Source: Nitrospirota bacterium
Lineage (GTDB): Bacteria > Nitrospirota > Nitrospiria > Nitrospirales > Nitrospiraceae
DNA length: 64,000 nucleotides
Direction of reading: 5' to 3'
Assembly (NCBI GenBank): GCA_963703955.1
Contig: CAVPGK010000015.1
Coordinates: forward strand, 64,001-128,000
Part shown: positions 22,530 through 33,174 of the stretch, in pieces
Numbering within the stretch: the stretch's first letter is position 1
How the letters are laid out: each line of letters starts with the position of its first letter
The notes under the pieces: model-generated
What the model was told of the DNA's origin: nothing
The model's database searches: none
The model's input: only the letters and a program-made list of their open reading frames with translations
Made by a program: the position numbers and the translations under genes

Positions 22530-23111
22530 GTGAGGGGGGACGTGCGGGTCATCGCCGGTTCGCACAAGGGACGACGGCTGTTCAGTTCTCGAGGATTGAG
22601 CGTGCGCCCGACGTCAGGTCGCGTGAAGGAGGCCATCTTCTCAATCCTCGCGACTCACGTCGAAGGCGCGCAGTTCCTCGATTTGTACGCCGGGACGGGT
22701 GCAATCGGAATCGAGGCACTCAGCCGAGGCGCTCACCGGGTCGTCTTTGTGGAATCTCACCCGGCCTCCCTCCGCCTTTTGCGATCCAATGTCGACCATT
22801 GCCGGTTCTCTACGGTCGCGGACGTGCATGCCTGCCATGCAGAGAACTTTCTTGACCGGCAGCAGACATCGCCCGCCATCTTTGACATCGTCTTTGCAGA
22901 TCCTCCCTATGAGCTGGAGAGTGCCAGTACACTGTTGCCATCATTGGAGCGGAGTGTTATCATCACACCGAAGACTGTTGTGCTGTTGGAGCATCCCACC
23001 AAAGACCTCATTCCTTCACACATAGGCCGATTGTGTCGGGTGCGGCACTATCAATACGGTGATACCTCGTTGTCGAAGTTCGCAGTGGCCAATGCGGAGA
23101 CACGTCTCTGA
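22530..23111 (+). CDS. rsmD: 16S rRNA m2G966 methyltransferase
   Basis: RVIAGSHKGRRL, RPTSGRVKEAIF, LDLYAGTGAIGIEALSRGA, FADPPY. Confidence 0.94.
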   Translation: MRGDVRVIAGSHKGRRLFSSRGLSVRPTSGRVKEAIFSILATHVEGAQFLDLYAGTGAIGIEALSRGAHRVVFVESHPASLRLLRSNVDHCRFSTVADVHACHAENFLDRQQTSPAIFDIVFADPPYELESASTLLPSLERSVIITPKTVVLLEHPTKDLIPSHIGRLCRVRHYQYGDTSLSKFAVANAETRL

Positions 23112-23599
23112 TGAAGATCGGTGTCTATCCTGGCACCTTCGATCCCATCACGAACGGGCATACCGATCTGATCACTCGAAGCCTTCGGGTTTTTGATCAA
23201 GTGATCGTGGCGGTCGCTCCCAATCCAAGTAAGCACCCTCTCTTTGATCTGGTTGATCGAGTCGAGATGGTCAAACTGGCGACCAAGGATTTTCCACGCA
23301 TAGACGTCGAGCCATTCAGTGGGCTGTTGGTCGACTATGTCAAGAAACGCGGCGCTTGTGCGGTCATTAGGGGATTGAGGGCGGTCTCGGACTTTGAAGT
23401 CGAATTTCAGATGGCGCTGGTTAATCGGAAGCTGGACGAAGCATTCGAAACGGTCTTCTTCATGCCCAGCGAAGAATACTCATACCTAACCTCCAGTATC
23501 ATCAAAGAGGTGGCAAGCCTGGGCGGCTCACTGGCGGACTTTGTTCACCCTGACGTGGCCATCCGCCTGCGCGAGCGTCTCCGGAGAACGACACTATGA
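23111..23599 (+). CDS. coaD: Phosphopantetheine adenylyltransferase
   Basis: YPGTFDPITNGH, IRGLRAVSDFE.E, SSIIKEVA. Confidence 0.97.
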   Translation: MKIGVYPGTFDPITNGHTDLITRSLRVFDQVIVAVAPNPSKHPLFDLVDRVEMVKLATKDFPRIDVEPFSGLLVDYVKKRGACAVIRGLRAVSDFEVEFQMALVNRKLDEAFETVFFMPSEEYSYLTSSIIKEVASLGGSLADFVHPDVAIRLRERLRRTTL

Positions 23600-24792
23600 A
23601 ACTAGCCGCACGCGCGGGACGAATCGTTCCTTCCCCAACTCTCAGCATCACGGCGACGGCCAAGGCGATGATCGCCCAAGGCATCGACGTCGTGGATTTC
23701 GCCTCCGGAGAACCGGATTTTGATACCCCTGGGTCGGTCAAGTCCGCCGCAGAGGCCGCTATGAGGAGCGGCTTTACGAAGTACACTGCGGCGTCGGGTA
23801 TCGATGAGCTCAAACTGGCAATCATCAAGAAGCTAGAAACAGAACAGGGCTTGCGGTACGACAAATCTCAAATTCTCGTGTCCTGTGGAGCGAAGCATAC
23901 CCTTTATAACCTGGCTGAAGCCCTCTTGGAAGAAGGAGATGAAGTGATCGTTCCTGCCCCGTTTTGGGTCTCATATCCGGATCAAATCCTGCTTAATGAC
24001 GCGACGCCGGTTATTTTGGAAACGCGGGAAGAGGATGGCTATGCGATCACACGTCAGGAGCTCGAAGGCCGGGTGACATCACGGACCAAGGCGATCATTG
24101 TCAATAGCCCTGGCAACCCAACCGGCGCGACCTACTCGCTGGCGTCGTTGGAAGAGATCGCTGAGATCGCCTGCCGACATGACCTGGTAATTGTCTCTGA
24201 TGAAATCTATGAAAAAATTCTCTACGACGGCGCACGCCATACGAGCATCGCCGCACTGGGACCTGACGTAGCTGCTCGAACGGTCGTGGTGAACGGCGTA
24301 TCCAAAGCCTATGCGATGACTGGCTGGCGGATCGGCTACGCCGCGGGCCCCAAGGACCTCATTGGCGCGATGTCCAACATTCAGAGTCAAAGCACCTCGA
24401 ACCCTGCATCCATCTCCCAAAAGGCTGCGGTCGCCGCGCTTCAGGTAGGCGAATCATTCACCCAACAGATGCTCATTGAGTTTGACCGACGCCGCCGATT
24501 CATGGTGGAACGGCTGAACCGTATCTCCGGAATCCATTGCTCCATGCCGGCTGGTGCCTTCTACGCCTTTCCCAATGTGAAGGAACTGCTCACACGCGGC
24601 GGGGAGACTCGGCGCATGACGACCGCCTCGGACCTTGCGACCTACCTGCTGCAAGAAGCACAGGTGGCGGTCGTACCAGGAGACCCCTTTGGAAGCCCGT
24701 CGCATCTCCGGTTATCTTATGCGACGAGTATGGAAGCTATCAGTCGTGGGCTTGACCGTATGGAGTCGGCGGTCAAAAAATTGGCTGCCTAG
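23596..24792 (+). CDS. Class I PLP-dependent aminotransferase (aspartate aminotransferase-like)
   Basis: GEPDFDTP, NSPGNPTG, SDEIY, SKAYAMTGWRIGY, GAFYAF, LRLSYA. Confidence 0.92.
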   Translation: MKLAARAGRIVPSPTLSITATAKAMIAQGIDVVDFASGEPDFDTPGSVKSAAEAAMRSGFTKYTAASGIDELKLAIIKKLETEQGLRYDKSQILVSCGAKHTLYNLAEALLEEGDEVIVPAPFWVSYPDQILLNDATPVILETREEDGYAITRQELEGRVTSRTKAIIVNSPGNPTGATYSLASLEEIAEIACRHDLVIVSDEIYEKILYDGARHTSIAALGPDVAARTVVVNGVSKAYAMTGWRIGYAAGPKDLIGAMSNIQSQSTSNPASISQKAAVAALQVGESFTQQMLIEFDRRRRFMVERLNRISGIHCSMPAGAFYAFPNVKELLTRGGETRRMTTASDLATYLLQEAQVAVVPGDPFGSPSHLRLSYATSMEAISRGLDRMESAVKKLAA

Positions 24793-24890
24793 GCCAGTGC
24801 GATCAGACCCCGGCCCTTGACTCTTGTAAGAGCGGTATTATTGATATACCAAACACGTACAGGCGTTTCCGTTAGACCAAGGAGTGAGCT

Positions 24891-25301
24891 GTGCCAATTT
24901 ACGAGTATGTGTGCCAGAGTTGCGATCACCGTTTCGAGGTGAAGCAACGGTTCAGTGATGAACCGGTATCAACCTGTGTCCGATGCGGACAAGCCGTAAC
25001 AAAGGTGATCTCCGCGCCGGCCATCATGTTCAAGGGAAGTGGGTGGTACATCACGGACTATTCCGAGAAGTTGAAAGCTCCGGGACAAGCCGACGCGACT
25101 CAGACACCAGCCAATGGGCAAGGCGATCAAAAATCTCCGACGACCTCCAGTACCGACTCGACCGCATCTCCTTCAAGGGGAGCGCCTGGCTCCGAAACGA
25201 CCGGCACGTCGAAGCCAACCCCCGCATCTCCATCCACCACTCCACCTTCTTCCTCTTCGACCCCTTCCCAGACTCCTTCGCCAGGGAAGACCTCAGATTA
25301 G
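24891..25301 (+). CDS. FmdB family zinc-ribbon protein with Ser/Thr/Pro-rich tail
   Basis: MPIYEYVCQSC...CVRCG...FKGSGWYITDY; AAGGAG RBS. Confidence 0.9.
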   Translation: MPIYEYVCQSCDHRFEVKQRFSDEPVSTCVRCGQAVTKVISAPAIMFKGSGWYITDYSEKLKAPGQADATQTPANGQGDQKSPTTSSTDSTASPSRGAPGSETTGTSKPTPASPSTTPPSSSSTPSQTPSPGKTSD

Positions 25302-25729
25302 GGTCGGTGCTTTGCGCTTTGCTTATTGACAGGCGGTTTCGTGGGCTTCTTTTTTGGCGGTGTCTTTTGGGTCGTCTTCACAACGGTTTTCGCTGGCGCT
25401 GGCTTTTGAGCCGCCTTCGCTAACCGACCGAACTTCTCGCGCTCGCTGGCCAGGACCTGCTCGAGCGTGGAGACACGCCCGGAAAGTTCACGATTTGACC
25501 GTGTCAACTCATCCACCCTGACTTGCAACTCCTCCTTCATTTTCATCGTCTCCGTCAGTTGGCCCTGAAGCTTGGCTCGCTCGGCTGTTGCGATCTGGGC
25601 ATCGACCTGCATCTGCTCAATTTGCGCTTGTAGGGCAGGCGGCCAGTAGTCGCATCCTGCCAACCCAAAACTGGTCAGCCCGATCAACAGCAGTGAGCCG
25701 CCCACTCTACCCATCACCTGCCTGGTCAT
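25298..25729 (-). CDS. Hypothetical lipoprotein, coiled coil with Lys-rich tail
   Basis: Lipobox LAGC after a hydrophobic stretch; AGGAGG RBS before MTRQV. Confidence 0.75.
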   Translation of the reverse strand: MTRQVMGRVGGSLLLIGLTSFGLAGCDYWPPALQAQIEQMQVDAQIATAERAKLQGQLTETMKMKEELQVRVDELTRSNRELSGRVSTLEQVLASEREKFGRLAKAAQKPAPAKTVVKTTQKTPPKKKPTKPPVNKQSAKHRP

Positions 25730-25794
25730 TCGATCCTCCTTGTTAATGACTTCCCGCACGCAGGGAAGGTTTTCCGCCGGCCACACCAAGAAAA

Positions 25795-26442
25795 TCACGC
25801 TTCAAGGGTCAGGCCGGCTTCCTTAAGAGAGGCCTGGATGCGCTGTCGTGGGAGAGCCCCCTCCCGCACGATGCGAACAGTCCCGAGGGTACTTACAACG
25901 GACGACGGCTTCCCGCCCGGTGTCGGCCCACCATCCAGGATTAGATCGACTTCGGATCCGAGAGACGCCTGGACGTCCTGCGGGGCACGAAGAGGAGCGG
26001 TGCCCGAGTGATTCGCGCTAGTACCCGTCAAAGGCCCTGCACGACGAAGCAATTTGAGTAGAGTCGAATGTGCCGGCTGGCGGACTCCGATGCTCCCGGT
26101 TCCCCCGGTCAACGCAGCTGAGAGCGACGAGGATGCAGGCAGGATGAGGGTCAAAGGCCCGGGCCAAAACTGGTCCATCAAAACCTTCGCGGCTGGTGCC
26201 GTCTCTGTGACCAGTTTGGCGAGTTGAGTGCGATCGGCAATCAAGACAAGAATCGGCTTCCCCTCTGGTCGGCCCTTAATCTTGCAGATACGACGAATCG
26301 CCCCCTCGTCTGTGACCGATGCGCCCAGTCCATAGAAGGTTTCTGTGGGCATCGCCACCACGCCGCCCTTGCGAACGATCCGCGTAGCTTCGTCAAGAAC
26401 GGCTGGGAACGCATCAGGTTGAAATGTCAGCACTGTGGCCAT
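25795..26442 (-). CDS. tsaC: L-threonylcarbamoyladenylate synthase (TsaC/YrdC)
   Basis: MPTETFYGLGA, KIKGRP..KP, FWPGPLTL, TSANHSG. Confidence 0.93.
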   Translation of the reverse strand: MATVLTFQPDAFPAVLDEATRIVRKGGVVAMPTETFYGLGASVTDEGAIRRICKIKGRPEGKPILVLIADRTQLAKLVTETAPAAKVLMDQFWPGPLTLILPASSSLSAALTGGTGSIGVRQPAHSTLLKLLRRAGPLTGTSANHSGTAPLRAPQDVQASLGSEVDLILDGGPTPGGKPSSVVSTLGTVRIVREGALPRQRIQASLKEAGLTLEA

Positions 26443-26476
26443 GCTCTGTGCCGGGACCCCCAGAGAATCTGTCTCC

Positions 26477-27751
26477 TCACATAGCGACCAACCCTCGGTG
26501 GGCAATATCAGTCCGAAAATGGCACCCCTCGTAGGAAATCTTCTGGACCGCCCGATAGGCTCGTTCTCTTGCGACCCCCAGTTTGTGACCGATTCCTGTC
26601 ACTCCCAGGACGCGCCCGCCAGCCGTGATGATATTCTGTCCTTGCCGTCTTGTGCCAGCGTGAAACACCATCGCCTCCTGTGATGACTGCAGACCCTCTA
26701 GTCCAGCAATCGGCTTCCCGGTCGCATAGGCCCCCGGGTAACCCGCGGAGGTCAGAACGACACAGACTGCTGACTCAGTATGCCATGTCACATCGATTTG
26801 GTCGAGGCGATGCTCGACAACGGCCTCAATGACATCGAGCAGATCGGTCCTCAGAAGAGGCAGGACGACCTGCGTTTCAGGGTCCCCGAATCTGGCATTG
26901 AACTCTAACACATAGGGACGACCGCGCACGACCATCAGACCGGCATACAGGACTCCCTGGAACGGGCTGCCAAGCCGAGAGAGCGCATCGAGGACGGGGC
27001 GAAATACCTGTTGCGCGACAGTCTGAAGAAGTGATGGCGTCATGATCGGGGCCGGGGCATACGCCCCCATGCCACCTGTGTTCGCTCCGGTATCCCCATC
27101 GCCAACCCGTTTGTGATCCTGAGCCGCCAGCATGGGCCTTACAGTCTTGCCATCCGTAAACGCCATGACGGTGACTTCCTCGCCTGACAAGAATTCTTCA
27201 ACGAGCACGCGACGACCGGCTTCGCCAAATACCTCACCTTCCAGCATGGCCGCCGCTGCCCGGTGTGCCTCTTCCCGTGTTGCGGCGACCACGACCCCTT
27301 TGCCTTGTGCCAATCCGTCAGCCTTCACGACGACCGGTAAGGGCTGTTGATCCATATAATCGAGGGCAGGTTTGAGCGAATCAAAACTCCGCGCGGCTGC
27401 GGTCGGGATCTGACTACGCATCATCACTTCCTTGGCAAACGCTTTACTCGACTCGATCTGTGCCGCTCCCTGCGTCGGTCCAAAGACCTTCAGCTTCGCC
27501 TTTCGAAATTCATCGGCGATTCCTAACGCGAGCGGACCCTCTGGTCCTACGACTGTCAGATCAATACGTTCTGACACGACGAAGCGTTGGATTCCGGCGA
27601 TATCATCAGCGGCAATGAGGACACACTGCGCCAGAGATTCGATGCCGCCGTTCCCGGGTGCACAAAACACCTTGGACACCCGCGGGCTTTGAGCCAACTT
27701 CCATACAAGCGCGTGTTCGCGTCCTCCGCTACCGACGACAAGAACCTTCAC
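26477..27751 (-). CDS. purD: Phosphoribosylamine--glycine ligase
   Basis: VGSGGREHAL, KADGLAQGKGV, QDHKR...NTGGMGAY, EFNARFGDPETQ. Confidence 0.97.
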   Translation of the reverse strand: MKVLVVGSGGREHALVWKLAQSPRVSKVFCAPGNGGIESLAQCVLIAADDIAGIQRFVVSERIDLTVVGPEGPLALGIADEFRKAKLKVFGPTQGAAQIESSKAFAKEVMMRSQIPTAAARSFDSLKPALDYMDQQPLPVVVKADGLAQGKGVVVAATREEAHRAAAAMLEGEVFGEAGRRVLVEEFLSGEEVTVMAFTDGKTVRPMLAAQDHKRVGDGDTGANTGGMGAYAPAPIMTPSLLQTVAQQVFRPVLDALSRLGSPFQGVLYAGLMVVRGRPYVLEFNARFGDPETQVVLPLLRTDLLDVIEAVVEHRLDQIDVTWHTESAVCVVLTSAGYPGAYATGKPIAGLEGLQSSQEAMVFHAGTRRQGQNIITAGGRVLGVTGIGHKLGVARERAYRAVQKISYEGCHFRTDIAHRGLVAM

Positions 27752-27869
27752 CGAACAACCATGATGAACGGAATTTCTAGGAGTGATGAGTTGGGTGAAC
27801 CGTCATCTGCAGAACAATGCCGCGTTGAGACGGGTTACGAGAAAGCCTTCGTTACTGAACGCCGCTTCA

Positions 27870-27934
27870 CGCATTCGACTATCCAGCTAGGCCGGATATA
27901 AACAGATACGAAGATGGGGACCTTTTCAGCATCC
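27870..27934. repeat. Degenerate, internally deleted copy of repeat family A
   Basis: CCAGCTAGGCCG and GATACGAAGATGGGGACCTTTTCAGCATCC match the family blocks CCAGCGAGGCCG and GAGAACAAAGTTGGGAGCCTTTTCAGCATCC. Confidence 0.55.
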
Positions 27935-27936
27935 GG

Positions 27937-29490
27937 TTAGTGTCGGAAGTGCCGCATCCCGGTGAGAATCATAGTTATCTGGTGCTCATCAGCAGCGTGG
28001 ATCACCTCCTTGTCGCGAATCGATCCGCCCGGCTGGATGACGGCAGTGACGCCGGCCTGAGCAGCCGCGTCCACCCCGTCGCGGAACGGAAAAAAGGCGT
28101 CTGAGGCCACCACGCAGCCCTTGACCGGAAGGACCGCTTTCATGCCCGCGAGTTTCACGGAATCGACGCGACTCATCTGTCCGGCGCCGATGCCGACCGT
28201 CTGACCGGTTCGAGCGTAGACAATGGCGTTGGACTTGACGTGCTTGCAGACCTTCCAGGCAAACGCGCAGGCCGCATATTCATCGTCGGTGGGCCGGCGC
28301 TGAGTCGGCACCTGAAGGCTCTTCAGATCATCCAATACGCCGAGATCGCGATCCTGGACGATCAGGCCACCCACCAATTTTTTCAGGTCCAGCCCGTCAC
28401 GTGCCGTCAAGGCTAGCGATCCCACATCCAACACACGCAAGTCTTTTTTTCGCTTGAGCTCCGCCAGAGCATCGTCGGAATAACTGGGAGCGACGAGCAC
28501 CTCTATGAACGTGGACGTGATCTCTTTGGCCGCCGGTAGGTCGACCGGTCGATTGAACGCAATCACTCCCCCGAACGCCGACACGGGATCGGTCTCGCGC
28601 GCTCGCACGTACGCCTCTACCGGCGTCGCGCCCAAGGCCACGCCGCACGGGTTGTTGTGCTTGACGATCACCACGGACGTCTCGGTGAATTCCTTCGCCA
28701 ATTCCAACGCCGAATTGGCATCAAGATAATTGTTATAGGACATGGCCTTTCCGTGCAGGACCGTGGCACGGGAGACCGAGGGCTCGCGCGAGTCGACGTC
28801 CCGATAAAATGCGCCTTGCTGATGCGGGTTCTCACCATACCGAAGAGTCTCGACCCGTTCGTAATGCAATGAGAGGATGGCCGGAAATTTCACCTCATTC
28901 CCTTGTGCCTCCCCTTCAAGATACCCGGCAATAAGGCTGTCGTAGCGGGCGGTATGCTGGAAGACCTTCATGGCCAGCTCACGGCGAAGGGCGGGCGACA
29001 CCGTTCCCGCGTTCGCCGCTTCGAGCACTCGGCTGTAGTCGGCTGGATCGACCACGACCAGCACATCTTCATGATTCTTCGCGGCTGAGCGCAGCATGGA
29101 AGGACCACCGATGTCGATGTTCTCGATCGCATAGTCGAACGTACAATCCGGTTTGGCAATCGCGGCTTCAAAAGGATACAGATTTACGATCACGACATCG
29201 ATGGGACCGATGCCATGCTGTTTCATCTGAGCCACATGGTCCGGAAGACAGCGGCGTCCGAGCAGGCCGCCATGAATTTTGGGGTGCAACGTCTTGACCC
29301 GCCCATCCAGAATCTCCGGCGACCCCGTGTAAGCTGCCACATCGATTACCGCAATGCCGGCCTCCCGCAGAGCCGTGGCAGTGCCGCCAGTTGAGAGAAT
29401 TTCCGCGCCCAAGGCAACGAGACCCTTGGCCACGTCGACGATCCCTGTCTTGTCCGAGACACTGATCAATGCCCGAGCCACGCCAGCCAT
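27937..29490 (-). CDS. purH: Bifunctional AICAR transformylase/IMP cyclohydrolase
   Basis: [57 protein letters not shown]. Confidence 0.98.
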   Translation of the reverse strand: MAGVARALISVSDKTGIVDVAKGLVALGAEILSTGGTATALREAGIAVIDVAAYTGSPEILDGRVKTLHPKIHGGLLGRRCLPDHVAQMKQHGIGPIDVVIVNLYPFEAAIAKPDCTFDYAIENIDIGGPSMLRSAAKNHEDVLVVVDPADYSRVLEAANAGTVSPALRRELAMKVFQHTARYDSLIAGYLEGEAQGNEVKFPAILSLHYERVETLRYGENPHQQGAFYRDVDSREPSVSRATVLHGKAMSYNNYLDANSALELAKEFTETSVVIVKHNNPCGVALGATPVEAYVRARETDPVSAFGGVIAFNRPVDLPAAKEITSTFIEVLVAPSYSDDALAELKRKKDLRVLDVGSLALTARDGLDLKKLVGGLIVQDRDLGVLDDLKSLQVPTQRRPTDDEYAACAFAWKVCKHVKSNAIVYARTGQTVGIGAGQMSRVDSVKLAGMKAVLPVKGCVVASDAFFPFRDGVDAAAQAGVTAVIQPGGSIRDKEVIHAADEHQITMILTGMRHFRH

Positions 29491-29627
29491 GGTATTCCTC
29501 ATCTGGTTCTGCTATTTCGAGGCGAAAACGCGCGCAGAATAACAGATGCCTCAACTAAGTTCAAGGCAGGACCGCATCAAGCCGTTCCGAAGAGGGGCAG
29601 TTGACTGCGGACCCCCGTTTCCTTTCA

Positions 29628-29656
29628 TTGACATCGCAATAGCATCGAATTACAAT
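29628..29656 (+). promoter_or_regulatory. sigma70 promoter of dnaE-accA
   Basis: TTGACA, 17-nt spacer, TACAAT. Its position favours the TTG at 29677 over ATG 29659 as start. Confidence 0.7.
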
Positions 29657-29676
29657 CCATGGTTGAGGTTTTTCAC

Positions 29677-32600
29677 TTGCCTTCGCAATTCGTTCACCTG
29701 CACCTGCATACTCAGTACAGCCTGTTGGACGGCGCGAATCAGATCGATCCGCTCGTCAAACAGGTCAAGACCTTCAACATGCCGGCCGTCGCCATGACCG
29801 ACCACGGCAACATGTTTGGGGCGGTCGAGTTCTATCAAAAAACCCAAGCGGCTGGGGTCAAACCGATCATCGGCTGTGAAGCCTATATGGCGCCGGGGAG
29901 CCGTAGGAACCGGGAAGGCGCCCTCGCGCATAACGACTACTATCACCTGATTCTCCTGGCCTCGAACCGAACCGGCTATCAAAATCTCATCAAGTTGGTC
30001 AGCAAGGCTTACCTGGAGGGTTTCTACTACAAGCCCCGGATGGACAAAGAACTGTTGCAACGGCATCATGAAGGCTTGATCGCACTGTCCGGCTGCCTGA
30101 GCGGAGAAGTTCCTTACCTCATCGGGCAGAAAGACATGGAAGGTGCGATCCGCGCTGCGGGCGAGTACTGCGAGATCTTCGGAAAAGATCACTATTACCT
30201 TGAAGTCCAAGCCAACGGCCTGGAGCATCAGCGGATCGCGAATCGCGGATTGGTCGAGATCCACAAGAAACTGGACATTCCGCTCGCCGGCACGAACGAC
30301 TGTCATTACCTCAAGAAAGAGGACGCTCGACCGCACGATGTCATGCTCTGCCTGCAGACCGGCAAGACCATGAATGAGGCCAACCGTCTGCGCTTTGACA
30401 CCGACCAACTCTATGTGAAGTCGTCCGATGAGATGATCGGAGAGTTCGCGGAACTACCGGATGCAGTCGCCAATACCTGCCGCATCGCGGACCAATGCGA
30501 TCTGAAGCTGTCCTTTAACACCTCATATCTCCCGCAATACCAGGTGCCTGAGGGATACACCAGAGAAAGCTACCTCGAACAATTGGCAACGGCAGGTCTT
30601 GCCGCGCGTCTGCGAGAACGGCCGAGCGGTGTGCCATCGGAAGCCTACGAACTCCGTCTCAAGGAGGAACTGACAGTCATTCTTACGATGGGCTATGCCG
30701 GATATTTCCTTATCGTCTGGGACATCATCAACTTCGCTCGGTCGCGAGGTATTCCGGTTGGGCCCGGTCGAGGGTCCGCTGCCGGCAGTTTGGTGGCGTA
30801 TGCCTTGCGGATTACCGATCTCGACCCCTTAGTGTACAACCTCCTGTTTGAGCGGTTCCTGAACCCGGAGCGCATCTCGCTGCCGGATATCGACATGGAT
30901 TTTTGTATGGATCGCCGCGGCGAAGTCATCAACTACGTCATCGACAAATACGGCGAAGATCACGTGTGTCAGATTATCACATTCGGCACGCTGGGGGCGA
31001 AGGCAGCCATCCGTGATGTCGGGCGCGTGATGGAGATCCCCTATGCCGAGGTTGACCGGGTTGCGAAACTGGTGCCTAATCAGCTCAATATCACCTTAGA
31101 CCAGGCGTTGAGTCTGGAACCCAAACTTCAGGAATTGATCCAGGCCGACGTCAAGATCGCCGAACTGATGACCATCGCTCGCTCGCTCGAGGGCCTGGCC
31201 CGGCACGCCTCGACTCATGCGGCTGGCGTGGTGATCTCTCAGGAACCGCTGACGGACTACGTGCCTCTCTACAAAGGGGCCAACGATGAAATCGTCACTC
31301 AGTATTCTATGACTGATGTCGAGAAGATCGGACTGGTCAAGTTCGATCTTCTTGGGCTCAAGACGTTGACGATGATTCACCGCGCCGTCAGCCTGATCCA
31401 TGCCGGCCGGCAGTCTCACGCAGGCGAAGTGGATCCCCCGATAGACATGGCCAATCTCCCCCTGGATGACCAGGCAACCTATACCCTGCTTTCATCCGGC
31501 CGCGCTGCCGGAATTTTCCAACTGGAAAGCTCGGGGATGCGCAATCTGCTGATCAGAATCAAACCAGAACGCTTCGAAGACCTGATTGCTATTCTGGCTC
31601 TCTACCGACCCGGCCCGCTCGAAAGCGGGATGGTGGAAGATTTCATTAAGCGGAAACGCGACCCCTCGCAGATTTCCTATGACCCACCGGCGCTCGAACC
31701 AATCCTCAAGGATACGTACGGCGTGATCGTCTACCAGGAGCAGGTCATGGCGATTGCCAACCGGATCGCCGGCTTCTCCCTGGGACAAGCCGACCTGTTG
31801 CGGCGGGCCATGGGCAAGAAGAAGCCCGAGGAGATGGAGAAGCAGAAGGTCCTCTTCATTCAGGGCGCGAAGAAGCACCATCTGTCGGAGAAAAAGGCCG
31901 AAAGGCTCTTTGACCTCATGGCGTACTTTGCAGGGTACGGATTCAACAAGTCCCACTCGGCGGCATATGCTCTCGTCACATACCAGACAGCCTATCTCAA
32001 GGCGCACTATCCCACCGAATACCTCGTCGCTCTTCTGACGAGCGAAATGGGCAACGCGGAAAAGATGGTGGGCTATTTTGCCGAATGCCGCGATCTGGGG
32101 GTCCGGGTTCTGCCGCCGGATGTCAACGAGAGCCAGACGGATTTCTCCGTGGTGGACGGAGGCATCCGATTTGGGCTTGCGGCAATTAAGAATGTTGGCG
32201 AGGGAGCGGTTGACTCAATCATTGCGATTCGGAATGAGAACGGCCGCTTCAAGTCCTTTGCGGATTTCTGCAGGCGCATTGATCTGCATAAGGTCAATAA
32301 GCGCGTATTGGAAGGACTGATCAAGGCCGGAGCTTTTGACTCCATGGGGGCGCGACGCGCGCAGTTGGCGGCTGTCTTGGACCGCAGCATTGAGGAAGCG
32401 GCAGCGTTCCAGCAAGAACGGGAACGAGGCCAGACGAGCATATTCGGGGATGTCCTCTCAGACCATTCAGCGGACGCTCCCCTGCTCGATGCCCCACTGC
32501 CCGACGTCCCCGAGTGGGATCAGGTCCAGCGGCTCAAATACGAACGGGAGCTGACGGGCTTCTATATCACGGCGCATCCCTTGTCCCGCTATGCGGCTGC

Positions 32601-33150
32601 CATCGAAAAGTTTTCGACGGCCAAGTCGGACAGTCTTGTTGAACTGAGTGACGGCAAGGAAGTGAAGCTCTGTGGAATCGTGAACACCATCAGACCCATG
32701 ACGACCAAGAAGGGCGACCGGATGGCATACTTTACGATCGAGGATCTGCATGGCATGATCGAGATCATAGCATTTCCTGACCTCTACCGATCGTCCGGTA
32801 CACTGATCGTTCCGGAATCCCTGATTCAGGTGACCGGAACGATAGATCGTGCGGAAAAAGGAACGCGATTGAAGGGGACAAAGATTGAATCGCTGACTGA
32901 CCTGCAGCTGCGTGCAATCAGGCGCGTGAACCTTCGGTTAAGTAGCCAAGTGGACACACTCGACCGGTTACCCGAACTGCACGAGATCTTACGTCGATAT
33001 CCAGGACAAGCCTCGATCTACTTTACCTTCTGTCTTGCCTCTCATGAAGCGGATACCACCCCATTACCGAACTTGACGGTTACTCCGAGTGATGGATTTG
33101 TCGCGGAGGTCGAAGAAGTCTTGGGTAAAGGGACGGTGGCCTTGCTCTGA
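29677..33150 (+). CDS. dnaE: DNA polymerase III alpha subunit
   Basis: FVHLHLHTQYSLLDGA (PHP), GPGRGSAAGSLVAY, FERFLNPER.SLPDID.D, YGFNKSHS. No intein-sized insertion seen. Confidence 0.98.
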   Translation: MPSQFVHLHLHTQYSLLDGANQIDPLVKQVKTFNMPAVAMTDHGNMFGAVEFYQKTQAAGVKPIIGCEAYMAPGSRRNREGALAHNDYYHLILLASNRTGYQNLIKLVSKAYLEGFYYKPRMDKELLQRHHEGLIALSGCLSGEVPYLIGQKDMEGAIRAAGEYCEIFGKDHYYLEVQANGLEHQRIANRGLVEIHKKLDIPLAGTNDCHYLKKEDARPHDVMLCLQTGKTMNEANRLRFDTDQLYVKSSDEMIGEFAELPDAVANTCRIADQCDLKLSFNTSYLPQYQVPEGYTRESYLEQLATAGLAARLRERPSGVPSEAYELRLKEELTVILTMGYAGYFLIVWDIINFARSRGIPVGPGRGSAAGSLVAYALRITDLDPLVYNLLFERFLNPERISLPDIDMDFCMDRRGEVINYVIDKYGEDHVCQIITFGTLGAKAAIRDVGRVMEIPYAEVDRVAKLVPNQLNITLDQALSLEPKLQELIQADVKIAELMTIARSLEGLARHASTHAAGVVISQEPLTDYVPLYKGANDEIVTQYSMTDVEKIGLVKFDLLGLKTLTMIHRAVSLIHAGRQSHAGEVDPPIDMANLPLDDQATYTLLSSGRAAGIFQLESSGMRNLLIRIKPERFEDLIAILALYRPGPLESGMVEDFIKRKRDPSQISYDPPALEPILKDTYGVIVYQEQVMAIANRIAGFSLGQADLLRRAMGKKKPEEMEKQKVLFIQGAKKHHLSEKKAERLFDLMAYFAGYGFNKSHSAAYALVTYQTAYLKAHYPTEYLVALLTSEMGNAEKMVGYFAECRDLGVRVLPPDVNESQTDFSVVDGGIRFGLAAIKNVGEGAVDSIIAIRNENGRFKSFADFCRRIDLHKVNKRVLEGLIKAGAFDSMGARRAQLAAVLDRSIEEAAAFQQERERGQTSIFGDVLSDHSADAPLLDAPLPDVPEWDQVQRLKYERELTGFYITAHPLSRYAAAIEKFSTAKSDSLVELSDGKEVKLCGIVNTIRPMTTKKGDRMAYFTIEDLHGMIEIIAFPDLYRSSGTLIVPESLIQVTGTIDRAEKGTRLKGTKIESLTDLQLRAIRRVNLRLSSQVDTLDRLPELHEILRRYPGQASIYFTFCLASHEADTTPLPNLTVTPSDGFVAEVEEVLGKGTVALL

Positions 33151-33174
33151 ACTCTCCACAAGCGAAAGGCTGCG